IMG/VR virus record: IMGVR_UViG_3300027863_000649
Span: 1-29,005 of that record
Source: a virus
Lineage: Duplodnaviria; Caudoviricetes
Reading direction: 5' to 3' (one strand)
DNA: 29,005 bases
Both the position numbers and the translations under genes were made by a program. This document shows, in pieces, positions 8,315-17,253 of the stretch (the stretch's first letter is position 1; the number at the start of each line of letters is the position of its first letter). The notes under the pieces were generated by a model. That model saw nothing but the letters and a program-made list of their open reading frames with translations, did not search any database and was not told the DNA's origin.

Positions 8315-9066
8315 AGGTTTCCTTGACACAGCCCATTCAGCTTTTGCGACATCCTCTTTTTGAGAGTGATTACTATCTGGTCTTGGCGCACATGGTCTTG
8401 AGAGATGCTGATTATAGTGCGTACTATTTTGAGAGGGAAGCTTTCAAAATTCTTGATAACTCAGCTGTCGAGTCGGGTGCTGAGTCTGTGAAATGGGCGA
8501 ACTTGGTATGTGCCGTCTCTATGGTGCGTCCTAACGTAGTGGTGTTGCCTGACGTTATGTTTGACGCAGAAGAGACCATGCGACGAACATTAGAGGTTCT
8601 GGACTCGCCTATGTTGAAGGTCCTCAAGAGACTCTTCAACGTGGAGCTTTTGGCGGTGGTTCAGGGTAGTACACCTGATATTTGGTTGCACTGTTTCGAG
8701 GTGTTTAACAGCGACGAGCGTATCGATTACTTGGGCGTTCCGATGCTTACTACGGAGCTGTTCGGAAGGCGGAGCAAGGCACTTAAGGCGATAGAGAAAA
8801 GTGTCCGAAAGCCGTGTCATCTTTTTGGTACGTGGTACTCAACACCTCTACGCGATGTGGTTGAGGAAGCGAAGTATGATTTCGTTATGGGTGTAGATTC
8901 ATCCAAACCTATACGTTTGGCACTTGAAGGAAGGCGTATTGACGACGACGGTGCTGTCGTAGACAAGCATGACAAGGAGTATTTCTACAGGAAATACGAC
9001 GTAGACGAGGACCTGTTGCGTTACAATTGTGAGACGTTCAGGAGGTGGTGTGGTGCTCAAAAGTGA
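8311..9066 (+). CDS. dpdA: TGT/DpdA-like TIM-barrel protein, putative DNA deazaguanine transglycosylase
   Basis: TGT-like motifs in order: 'ILDNS', 'VLPD', 'AVVQG', 'YLGVP', 'HLFG' and 'GVDSS'. Coupled to folE within the queC/queD/folE cluster. Confidence 0.65.
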   Translation: MKVSLTQPIQLLRHPLFESDYYLVLAHMVLRDADYSAYYFEREAFKILDNSAVESGAESVKWANLVCAVSMVRPNVVVLPDVMFDAEETMRRTLEVLDSPMLKVLKRLFNVELLAVVQGSTPDIWLHCFEVFNSDERIDYLGVPMLTTELFGRRSKALKAIEKSVRKPCHLFGTWYSTPLRDVVEEAKYDFVMGVDSSKPIRLALEGRRIDDDGAVVDKHDKEYFYRKYDVDEDLLRYNCETFRRWCGAQK

Positions 9067-11380
9067 GAGGTGCGTAGGGTGCCCTGCGTACAGTGCACCC
9101 GGACCAGTGCCTTCTGAACTCAACGGCGTCGTCGGTTTTGACGTGAAGGGTAGTACCGACGTAGTGTTCGTGGGCGAGGCACCTGGTAACTGGGAAGTGG
9201 CTTATGGGCGTCCTTTCGCTAACCCTACTGGTGCGGGTGGTCTGCTTCGTCAGTGTCTGGAGCAGATTGGCATACGTCGTTTTGGACTTTTGAATGTATG
9301 GAAGTGTGTATGTAAGGACGTTTTCGGTGTTCACAGTGTTTGCGCTGATGCGTTGAAGGATGAGCTCGCACGTATCAGCTGTAAGGTCGTCGTGACTCTA
9401 GGAAGTGTAGCGCTACGTGAGGTGGCTGGATTTCCAGACGTTAACGTGATGCAGGTACGCGGGAGACTGTTTAGCGTTAACGGGATGAAGGTTCTGTCAC
9501 TTCTTCACCCTGCTTTCTTGCTGAGGAGTCCTGGCTATTGGCGTGAGTGGGAGTTGGGCTTGTTGAAGTTGAAGAGGGTGTTGGAGGGCAGGAGTGACTA
9601 CATACCTACTGAGATGCGTGAGGTTACGCACTGCACGACACAAGAGTCGGCGATCAGGGCTCTAGACGTACTTGAACGTTTCTCGACGTATGCGTGTGAC
9701 GTAGAGACTGCCTCGTTTAACGCACCCTGGCAGAACGGCGAGCTGTTAACTGTGTCGATTGCGTACGCGAAGGACAAGGCTTTTGCCTTCGATGTTGGTG
9801 TGTTGAAGGGGGAGGTCTTCGAGCGCATGAAGCGTCTCTTCGAAGACACTAGTCGTACGTGGATATGGTACAACGGTATCTTCGACATACAGTTCTTTCA
9901 TGCGTTGGGCATAAACGCGCGTATTGACAGGGATGCGATGTTGGAGGCACACTTGCTGGACGAGCGTGACGCGGTGCACTCACTAAAGAGGGATTGTGCT
10001 GTGTTACTGGACCAGCGTGACTGGGAGGCCGATTTAGGAGAGCTGGACATACCCAACGACACGTCCGAGCGTGCACAGCAAATGTGGCGAGAGATTCCTC
10101 GTGAGAAGTTACTGGAGTACAATGGCCAAGACGCCATGCACACGTTTCACCTGAGCGAGCTGGTGCGTGAGCTGCTTGAGCCTTGCTGTGTGCGTTACGC
10201 CGACACTCTTCTGGCGCCGACGTACAATATGCTAGCTGACGCACGTCGAGTAGGGTTGTGTGTGGATCTGGAACGTGTTAAGCAGTTGATGGGTCGTATT
10301 CGGCCTGTTCTAGACGAGATAACAGCGCGACTCGTGGAGTACAGTGGTGACAAGTACTTTAACCCTAACAGTCACGTGCAACGTAAGGCCCTTTTGCGTA
10401 AGTGCGGTCTGAACGTGGAGGACACTAGACGAGAGACGCTGGCCAAGTACGTGGAGTCGAGTGAGGTCGTGCGTGCTCTTATGGAGTACGCCGAGGCTCA
10501 CAAGATCTTCTCTACGTACGTTGAAGGTATTGTAGACGATATTGCAAGTGACGGAAGGGTGCATCCAGACTGGAAGTTGCCTGCAGTGACCGGAAGGTTG
10601 AGGTGTAGCAATCCCAACCTTCTAGGTATACCAAGGAAGGCTGAGGTGCAGGAGCATAAGTGGAAGCGGTACGTTAAGGAGCAGTTCGTGTCTGCGCCGG
10701 GGCATCTGTTTGTGCATATAGACAGGAAGCAGTCAGAAGTGCGTTGTGCATGCTTCCTTGCTGGTGACGAGAAGCTTTCAGGGATTCTCAAGTCTGGAAG
10801 GGACCTGCATTCGGAAGTTGCGAGACTGATGTATGGCGAAGGGTTCACGAAGGAGCAACGTGTAGCCGCCAAGATGATAGTTTTCGGTCTCATCTACAAT
10901 CGCGGCGCGGGGTCGCTGTCTCAACAGATGGGTGTTACTGTTGAAGAGGCTAAAGACATGATGGACAAGTTCTTTAGTCAGATGCCTCGTTTGATGGTGT
11001 GGAGACGAGAGGTCATACGAGAGTCGAAGTCAAAAGGGTACCTGCAGTCTTACTTTGGACGCATACGTCATTTCGGACTGATTACGCGTGACAACTGTGT
11101 AACCGTAGAGAACGAGTCTGTCAACTTTCCAATTTCCGCGTTGAGCAACGAGCTCAACTTACTCTGTTGTGTCGAGACTCACAAGCGCTTCGGTAAGTAC
11201 GGTGTGCAGGTGCTTGTACCTATACATGATGCGGCACTCATACAACTGCCTGTACAAGGTCACGAAAGCCTTGTTAGTGAGATAAGTGGATTTTGGGAGA
11301 GTTATGTACCTGAGCTGTTGGGTACTGATTTACCTTTCGGGGTAGATGTTACCGTAGGCGAAAGGTGGAGCGAGCTTTAA
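9053..11380 (+). CDS. polA: Family A DNA polymerase with N-terminal family-4 uracil-DNA glycosylase-like domain and 3'-5' exonuclease
   Basis: UDG: CxxC, 'VFVGEAPG', 'GRPF', 'LHPA'. Exonuclease: 'DVET', 'NGIFD', 'YNGQD'. Polymerase: 'TGRL', motif A 'DRKQSEVR', B 'RVAAKMIVFGLIY', C 'IHDA'. AGGAGG at 9040-9045 favours GTG 9053 (9050 possible). Confidence 0.93.
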   Translation: MLKSERCVGCPAYSAPGPVPSELNGVVGFDVKGSTDVVFVGEAPGNWEVAYGRPFANPTGAGGLLRQCLEQIGIRRFGLLNVWKCVCKDVFGVHSVCADALKDELARISCKVVVTLGSVALREVAGFPDVNVMQVRGRLFSVNGMKVLSLLHPAFLLRSPGYWREWELGLLKLKRVLEGRSDYIPTEMREVTHCTTQESAIRALDVLERFSTYACDVETASFNAPWQNGELLTVSIAYAKDKAFAFDVGVLKGEVFERMKRLFEDTSRTWIWYNGIFDIQFFHALGINARIDRDAMLEAHLLDERDAVHSLKRDCAVLLDQRDWEADLGELDIPNDTSERAQQMWREIPREKLLEYNGQDAMHTFHLSELVRELLEPCCVRYADTLLAPTYNMLADARRVGLCVDLERVKQLMGRIRPVLDEITARLVEYSGDKYFNPNSHVQRKALLRKCGLNVEDTRRETLAKYVESSEVVRALMEYAEAHKIFSTYVEGIVDDIASDGRVHPDWKLPAVTGRLRCSNPNLLGIPRKAEVQEHKWKRYVKEQFVSAPGHLFVHIDRKQSEVRCACFLAGDEKLSGILKSGRDLHSEVARLMYGEGFTKEQRVAAKMIVFGLIYNRGAGSLSQQMGVTVEEAKDMMDKFFSQMPRLMVWRREVIRESKSKGYLQSYFGRIRHFGLITRDNCVTVENESVNFPISALSNELNLLCCVETHKRFGKYGVQVLVPIHDAALIQLPVQGHESLVSEISGFWESYVPELLGTDLPFGVDVTVGERWSEL

Positions 11381-11399
11381 CATCCCCAAAACACTTCAT

Positions 11400-11440
11400 A
11401 TTAGTAGGCCCTTGTTTGAAGTTAATAATGGTGGTATAAT
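11400..11440 (+). promoter_or_regulatory. Sigma70-type promoter P2 (structural operon) with ATTAGT-N3-CCCTTG motif
   Basis: TTGTTT (11412-11417), 17-bp spacer, TG-n-TATAAT (11435-11440), then GAAAGGAGGT SD. Confidence 0.8.
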
Positions 11441-11472
11441 TAGGTAAAGTAAAATGAAAGGAGGTTTGCACA

Positions 11473-11715
11473 ATGGCACCGAAGAAGTGGGCTGAGCTTA
11501 CTCCCGAAGAGAAGCGGAAGAGACTCGACTATGCACGCAGACGCCGGCAGTTACTGACCGCAAAACTTCGCGAGCTCGGAATCGTCGGAGCGCCTCGGAC
11601 CAAGATGTCTGAGGAAGAGAGGAAGCAGAAGCGTTACGAGTACGCCAAGTCCTACAACAAGCGCATCCGCGAGCAGGCCAAGCTGTATCGCCAGCTTATG
11701 GAAAAAGGTATGTAG
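11473..11715 (+). CDS. Small highly basic helical protein, putative virion DNA-binding protein
   Basis: K/R-rich, with an internal duplication (LTPEEKRKRLDYARR / MSEEERKQKRYEYAKS). First gene after P2 with a very strong SD. Confidence 0.65.
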   Translation: MAPKKWAELTPEEKRKRLDYARRRRQLLTAKLRELGIVGAPRTKMSEEERKQKRYEYAKSYNKRIREQAKLYRQLMEKGM

Positions 11716-11750
11716 TGCTGGGTGTTGACTTCTGAAGGAGGAAGGAGAGC

Positions 11751-11957
11751 ATGACGACAATTGTTATCAACGCCCTGATTGCAGGGCTGTTGGGCGCGAT
11801 CGCGATCGTAGTGACCCACCAGATCGTTTCGGGTGAGGACACTACGGGATGGTCGTCCGCGACCTCATCGATGTTTGCGTTGATTCCGACTGTGGTGGGG
11901 ATCGTGGTCATTGTGGGCATGTTTGTGCTGCTCACTAAGATCAGAGGCGGCGACTAG
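11751..11957 (+). CDS. Putative major capsid protein, two-hydrophobic-helix (spindle-shaped virus-like) type
   Basis: 68 aa: hydrophobic helix, polar S/T/G loop (SGEDTTGWSSATSS), 'ALIP' plus second hydrophobic helix, basic C-terminal KIR. Strong SD; followed by a stable hairpin. Confidence 0.65.
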   Translation: MTTIVINALIAGLLGAIAIVVTHQIVSGEDTTGWSSATSSMFALIPTVVGIVVIVGMFVLLTKIRGGD

Positions 11958-11967
11958 GCTCACGGAA

Positions 11968-11996
11968 GAGGGCGCTCGTTATACGCGAGCGCCCTC
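11968..11996 (+). terminator. GC-rich 11-bp hairpin after the capsid candidate (attenuator or mRNA 3' stabiliser)
   Basis: GAGGGCGCTCG-TTATACG-CGAGCGCCCTC perfect stem; no following U-tract. Confidence 0.65.
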
Positions 11997-12008
11997 CCCT
12001 AAATCCCG

Positions 12009-15000
12009 ATGACTGACATTGTTTATGAAGGACACACTATAACTAGTCTTCAGGAAGCTAAAGCGGCCGGACCCACAGCTTACGAGATGTATAAGGCCGC
12101 TAACGCTCCTGCGGTAACCCCCTCTGCGCCTCCTACGACTCCCCCTTCTACGACTCCCCCTTCTACGACTCCCTCTCCTACGACTCCTGCAGAGCTTATA
12201 CAAGCAGCTCGAGAGGCTGAGGCAAAAGGCCAGACAGAGGAGGCTCGAGAGCTACGTTCTCAGCTAGAAGAGGTAATGACAGCTGAGAAGGAGAAGACGT
12301 TTGGTAGGCTTCTAACTCAGAGTGCTCTTCAGGAGACCGGTGCGAAGCTTGCGGTAAGCCCCGAAACGGGTGAGGCAGCTATCTTGGAGCCTCATGTAAA
12401 GGTTCCAGAGGGCTGGGAGGTTAAGCGGGCTACTGAGGCCGAGCTACAGAAGTACGGCATGTATACAACCGCGCCTACGGGCGTGACCTACTACACGGAG
12501 TATAGGCCTTACCAGGTAGTTGACGAGTCTGGTAAGGTACTCTACACCGTAACCGAGTCTGCACAGAGATCTGGCTTGGCACCTAAGTATGAAGAGGCTC
12601 GTAAGAGCATGCAGGAAGGTCTAGTGCCTAAAGTAGAGGGCACTAGCGTGAAGTTCGTTCCCAGAGAGGAACCTAAGACACCAGTAAGCGAACCTCCTAA
12701 ACAGGTGAGCTCTAGTATGTTTAGTCTTGACCCTGAGAAGGTCAAGACGTACTTGAGCGATGAGCTTGAGCGCTATCGTCGTAGTGACGGAAGCTACGAC
12801 GTTCGTAAGTATATCGAAGACGTCGAGTCCGGTAAAGGACCTAAACACCTCACTATTTCCGCTATTACTGCTGTCGTTCCTTACGATCAGGTAATGACAG
12901 TCTGGAATGACATGCATACGGCCGATCCCGCCTCAGGGTTGTACTATCGAAAGGCCGATCTCTTCCAGAATTGGGGAGAGCGTCTACCGGACGGCTCCTA
13001 TACAGGCAAGATCCTTTGGGACAAGTTCCATAGGGATCTAGGAGCGTCTATGGCTTGGGAGCAGGTGCTTAAGTCTGGTAGTGTTGACCTGGAGGAGATC
13101 AAGAAGGTTGGAGGTTTTACAGGCGTAGAGGCCGCTCAGGATGTACTTGAGCAGTTCAAGAGTCTTCCCGAAAAAGATCAGAGGTACATACAACAATACG
13201 GCCTTCATGCCTATATAGACAAGCTCGAGCTCGACGAACGCCAGCGTAAGGACGCCGAAGCAGTCATCAGAATGTTTGACAAGGAGGGCGATCCTGTTAA
13301 GTTTGCGGTGCTGGCTACTCAGGCTAAAGGCGTAAAGGCTACTGAGAAGGGTGTTTTTGAGGTCCTTGTAGCGGCTGGCTATTCGGCCAAGGACGCCGCA
13401 CAGATCGTGAAGATAGCTCGCGATACGCCTCGTTACATGATTAAGCCTGAAGGCTTCGCAGAGGGTGTTGCCAAGTCGGCCGCAGAACTGATGCAGAAGA
13501 CTACCGAGGCCATAGACAAGGTAGCTGGTAAGCTAGCTGAAGGCGCTATAGCGCCTGTAGCTTTTACTCCTGGGGCTAAAACTTCAGAGAAGGTAGTGAA
13601 GGGTCTCATTAAGGGTGGTATAGACTTCTTCACTGTACCTGTAACCGCAGTCGAGACCCTTACAGTCGCTGGAGCACAAGCGTTTGCTAAAGACTATCTT
13701 GGTGCTCTTGAGACCTTCGGATCTCTCGCACCAGTTACGTACATACACAAGGCTGGCAAGGGAGAGTTTATTGGCTTCGGACCAGCGGCCTTGAAGGCGA
13801 TCGAGCAAGACCCTTACGTAGCGGTGCCCGAAAACATCGTACTGTTCGCACCTATCGTTGCTAAAGGTGTCACGAGCGCTATCAGTACCGTAAAGGGTAC
13901 GAAAGCCATCCTGAGTCCTCACGAAATCCATCCCAAGACAGTAACGATAGAGATGTCGGTACCCTCGGCGGTGATACCCGACGGAATGGTGGAGCTCGCT
14001 GCTCGGCAGAAGGTTGAGTCTGCTATCTTGAAGACGCTAACTGGTGGGACCGACTTCGAGGCTACAGCCGCTAAAGCCTTGCGTTCGGTCAGTGACGCGA
14101 TCGAGCAGGCCCATAAGTTCGGTCACGACGTAGTGATAAAGGACGCTGAAGGCAAGGTCGCTTTCAGGCTAACTCCCGCAAACAGGTTTGAGCCCACACT
14201 TCTGTACAAGGTCGTGCCAGACGCTACGTTCGTGCAGGATGCTGTCGAGGCTGGCATGCCTGTAGAGGTAAAAGGTAGAAGCGGTATTGCTTTCTGGTCA
14301 CTTCACGCCCCACTCAGTTTCGTGTCGATATTTGAGTCTCCTACGGATCCTGCCGTTCTAGCGACTAGAGTTACGTGGAAGGACATCAAGCCTCTTCCAC
14401 GTGACGTCATAAACCAGCCAACCTTGAGTGCCATGTACCGCAAGATGATGGAGATGGTACAAGAGGGTAAGCTCGAGAAGGGCTTCTATCCAGTGTTCAA
14501 GCGTTGGCAGGACAAGATTGAGCTGGAACTGGTGTCTACGGAAAACTTTCCGCTTCAGCCTGTAAGGCCTACGTGGTACACACAACCTTTCCGTAGAGGC
14601 GTCGCCACGGATATCGACCTAAACAGCATGTTGAAGCAACTCAAGGACGACAAGCACATCGTCTTCGACCTGGACTACACTCTCGTAGATGGTAATGGAC
14701 GCCCTTACCGCGGAGCCAAACAGCTTATAGAGGAGCTACGGAAACAGGGTAAGGAAGTAAGTCTGTGGACGCATTCCGAGAGAGCTCGCGCTGAGGGGCT
14801 CCTACGCAACATGGGTCTGGATCCCTCAGTGTTTAAGAACTTCATAACTCGAGAAGACTACGAGCCTACTGGACTTCACCCGTACGCTTACAAGGACATC
14901 AGCAAGATTGGTGGCGACAGGCTCGTAGACGATAGCAAGGTACAGAAGAGTCTTCAAGGCGGGAAGCAGTTGTACCCTAAGTTGATGAAAGTAGAGACGC

Positions 15001-16889
15001 CGTCTGGGATAGCCGCTATGCGCACTTACCTTCCCCACAAGTTCATCGGTCCTGACGGCAAGGTACTCAAGGAAGGTACAGCTATCCCGCTCTACTTCCT
15101 GCTTACCGACAGTGCCTTGAAGGAGGGTCGCACCCTTCCTACGTCGCGAAGCCTAATGCTTGCATCTGCCTTCACACTTATTCATGGACTTCGAGAGTTG
15201 GCGTCTTGGCGTCCGGGTCATGCAACGTTTGGGTACTACGGTGGTAAGTTGCTCCCATTCTACTCGACGTTGAGAGCTCTAGAGTTTGAAGCTGCTGACA
15301 CCATTAGTGCTCCTACTAGGCATTCTGCACTCATCACGAACGAGAGAGGTGAGGTGCTACTTGTAAGGCAGAAAGGCACTGATAGGTACGATCTACCGGG
15401 CGGTAGCGAGCTGTGGAAGCAAGGGTTCTTTAAACGTCGTGAGAACCAGGTTGAGGCTCTCCGTCGCGAGATCTCGGAGGAGACAGGTCTAGAATCCAAG
15501 AGAATGGACTACCTAGGTAGGCTTCGGAGTGCGTTTGACGTCGAGCCTCGCACCTTCGACATCTATCGTGTCGACACAGAAGGTGCGCCTAGAGTCAGGT
15601 CGAGCAGTAAAATACTCGAGTACGTGTGGTGGGACGGTAAGTCTCCTTATGTCAGGGATCCTGTAACAGGAGAGCCCATAAGAGTTGCCAAGTTTGTGAT
15701 AGACGCTATGAATGCGTTCGGTAGCCGGAAGCCTTCAGTACATTTGACTACCGTAAACACCAGTAGCTTGCCTGACACTGGAGTAGGGGCTATCGTAAGG
15801 AATGCGATTGAACGCTACAAGGAAGCTCTTGGAGAAGAGTTCGAGACGTTTGCGAGGGATGTCGAGCGGAGAGCTAGTGACATGTCTCGCAGAACTGGCA
15901 AGGACATGGACGAGTGTGTTCGCAAGGTCCTAGATGAGGAGCTACGCAAGTCTGACATATCTAGGGAAGCTCTTGAGTCCTTGACAGATGAAGAAAGAGA
16001 GGCTCTGGACGAATTTCGTGCGTTTAACGTCAACTACATTCTTCCCAAGCTGACTAGCAGATACGCAGTAGTTGGGCTGGACGAGCTGGACCTGAGAGAG
16101 GTGCCTAGTTCGCAGGTGTCTCCCAAGGAAGTCAGTGTAGAGAGGGTTGAGCCTCTAGACACCCAGATATCCAGCATCGCTAGGCGGATCGACGAGGAGC
16201 TCCCTGACCTCAGTCCGGTGTACGAGGACGTGAGAATACCTGACGTAGAGGTGAGTGACTTCGCTGAGGAACGTGTACCTGAAGGGGAACGTGTACCACC
16301 ACCCGAAGAGGGCGTACCACCTAAAGGGGAACGTGTACCACCACCCGAAGAGGGCGTACCACCTGAAGAGAGCGTACCACCCAAACTTACTGTACCTCCA
16401 GAAGAACAGATACCACCAGCTGAGCGTACGCCTCCACCGCCCCTTACACCACCGTCGCCGGAAGAACGCATCCCTCCGCCTGCAGGAGGTGTAGTCGAGG
16501 AGGAGAAGGTTAAAGGAGAGGAACCTGCACCCGTAGCGTGGAGGCAAGGCTTCGGGTGGTGGGTTATCAAGCCTCCATACCAAACCAACGAAGACATTTA
16601 CTTCGTATATGGTGACGATTCTAGCAAGTTGCCAGCGGGCGTTAAGTTGGTTCGGGGTGGGCCAGGCTCCGCCTACAGAGCTATTCAGGCGTTGGGCTAC
16701 GTGCCCGCTTCCGAGATAAAGCTTGACTTGGGCTTTCAGGACGTTATCATCAGAAGGCCTTCTACGCCAGGCCGTCCGGGAGCAATTACCTACATTCCCG
16801 ACAGACACGGGCGTACTCGCCATAGTATCAGCGTAACGAGAGGTATAAAGCAGTTGAGGGAGAGTGCTTATGAAAAGGAGAGCAAGTAA
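12009..16889 (+). CDS. Giant (1626 aa) multidomain protein with HAD phosphatase and Nudix hydrolase domains and Pro-rich linkers
   Basis: HAD: 'IVFDLDYTL', 'LWTHS', K, 'LVDDS' (~14655-14950). Nudix box-like 'LPGG...ENQVEALRREISEETGL' (~15321-15710). No signal peptide; located in the structural block. Confidence 0.85.
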   Translation: MTDIVYEGHTITSLQEAKAAGPTAYEMYKAANAPAVTPSAPPTTPPSTTPPSTTPSPTTPAELIQAAREAEAKGQTEEARELRSQLEEVMTAEKEKTFGRLLTQSALQETGAKLAVSPETGEAAILEPHVKVPEGWEVKRATEAELQKYGMYTTAPTGVTYYTEYRPYQVVDESGKVLYTVTESAQRSGLAPKYEEARKSMQEGLVPKVEGTSVKFVPREEPKTPVSEPPKQVSSSMFSLDPEKVKTYLSDELERYRRSDGSYDVRKYIEDVESGKGPKHLTISAITAVVPYDQVMTVWNDMHTADPASGLYYRKADLFQNWGERLPDGSYTGKILWDKFHRDLGASMAWEQVLKSGSVDLEEIKKVGGFTGVEAAQDVLEQFKSLPEKDQRYIQQYGLHAYIDKLELDERQRKDAEAVIRMFDKEGDPVKFAVLATQAKGVKATEKGVFEVLVAAGYSAKDAAQIVKIARDTPRYMIKPEGFAEGVAKSAAELMQKTTEAIDKVAGKLAEGAIAPVAFTPGAKTSEKVVKGLIKGGIDFFTVPVTAVETLTVAGAQAFAKDYLGALETFGSLAPVTYIHKAGKGEFIGFGPAALKAIEQDPYVAVPENIVLFAPIVAKGVTSAISTVKGTKAILSPHEIHPKTVTIEMSVPSAVIPDGMVELAARQKVESAILKTLTGGTDFEATAAKALRSVSDAIEQAHKFGHDVVIKDAEGKVAFRLTPANRFEPTLLYKVVPDATFVQDAVEAGMPVEVKGRSGIAFWSLHAPLSFVSIFESPTDPAVLATRVTWKDIKPLPRDVINQPTLSAMYRKMMEMVQEGKLEKGFYPVFKRWQDKIELELVSTENFPLQPVRPTWYTQPFRRGVATDIDLNSMLKQLKDDKHIVFDLDYTLVDGNGRPYRGAKQLIEELRKQGKEVSLWTHSERARAEGLLRNMGLDPSVFKNFITREDYEPTGLHPYAYKDISKIGGDRLVDDSKVQKSLQGGKQLYPKLMKVETPSGIAAMRTYLPHKFIGPDGKVLKEGTAIPLYFLLTDSALKEGRTLPTSRSLMLASAFTLIHGLRELASWRPGHATFGYYGGKLLPFYSTLRALEFEAADTISAPTRHSALITNERGEVLLVRQKGTDRYDLPGGSELWKQGFFKRRENQVEALRREISEETGLESKRMDYLGRLRSAFDVEPRTFDIYRVDTEGAPRVRSSSKILEYVWWDGKSPYVRDPVTGEPIRVAKFVIDAMNAFGSRKPSVHLTTVNTSSLPDTGVGAIVRNAIERYKEALGEEFETFARDVERRASDMSRRTGKDMDECVRKVLDEELRKSDISREALESLTDEEREALDEFRAFNVNYILPKLTSRYAVVGLDELDLREVPSSQVSPKEVSVERVEPLDTQISSIARRIDEELPDLSPVYEDVRIPDVEVSDFAEERVPEGERVPPPEEGVPPKGERVPPPEEGVPPEESVPPKLTVPPEEQIPPAERTPPPPLTPPSPEERIPPPAGGVVEEEKVKGEEPAPVAWRQGFGWWVIKPPYQTNEDIYFVYGDDSSKLPAGVKLVRGGPGSAYRAIQALGYVPASEIKLDLGFQDVIIRRPSTPGRPGAITYIPDRHGRTRHSISVTRGIKQLRESAYEKESK
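12133..12188 (+). repeat. 15-bp coding tandem repeat, ~4 copies (TTPPS)
   Basis: CTACGACTCCCCCTT units encoding PTTPPSTTPPSTTPSPTTP. Confidence 0.9.
16269..16400 (+). repeat. 42-bp coding tandem repeat plus degenerate copies (GERVPPPEEGVPP)
   Basis: AAGGGGAACGTGTACCACCACCCGAAGAGGGCGTACCACCT occurs twice (16282-16322 and 16324-16364). Confidence 0.9.
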
Positions 16890-17253
16890 ACCTGTCCAAC
16901 AGTTCTTCACTGCTGGAGACTTCAAGTACGAGCCGACGTATTCGGTACCTGGCAGAATGTACTTCTACGTATGGGGCTACACGAAATCTGGTCGAGAAGT
17001 ACTGAGAGGTCCGATCACGTCTCGCGAGGTAGCGATCCAGAAACTGGCTGAACTCTCCGACGGTGACATATTCGAGCTACCTACTCGAAATCTTGCGGCG
17101 GCTACACGCACTATAAAGGAGAAACTTTCCGACAGAGGCATAGGCGTAGATGAAGTACTCAAGCCTATGCTTCACGAGAAGGGGTACGCCAGAGAGGTAG
17201 AAAAGGAACTGCAGAGCCAGCGTGCTCAGATTGGGCGGAAATGGTTAGGATAG
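16870..17253 (+). CDS. Hypothetical protein (127 aa)
   Basis: GAGGGAG SD before ATG 16870; overlaps both neighbours. Confidence 0.7.
   Translation: MKRRASKPVQQFFTAGDFKYEPTYSVPGRMYFYVWGYTKSGREVLRGPITSREVAIQKLAELSDGDIFELPTRNLAAATRTIKEKLSDRGIGVDEVLKPMLHEKGYAREVEKELQSQRAQIGRKWLG

Noticed and set aside
11751-11957. Holin or conjugative pilin
   Set aside because: No endolysin, relaxase or T4SS genes nearby, and the expression context suggests a very abundant protein. Not fully excluded.
12009-16889. Tape-measure protein of a tailed phage
   Set aside because: No tail tube, chaperone, baseplate, terminase or portal genes around it; it carries enzyme domains and Pro-rich repeats instead.
16034-16925. 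Long minus-strand ORFs (187 and 256 aa) with repeats
   Set aside because: Antisense shadows of the Pro-rich repeat region of the giant gene; no SD or promoter support. The same applies to the other minus-strand ORFs in the track.
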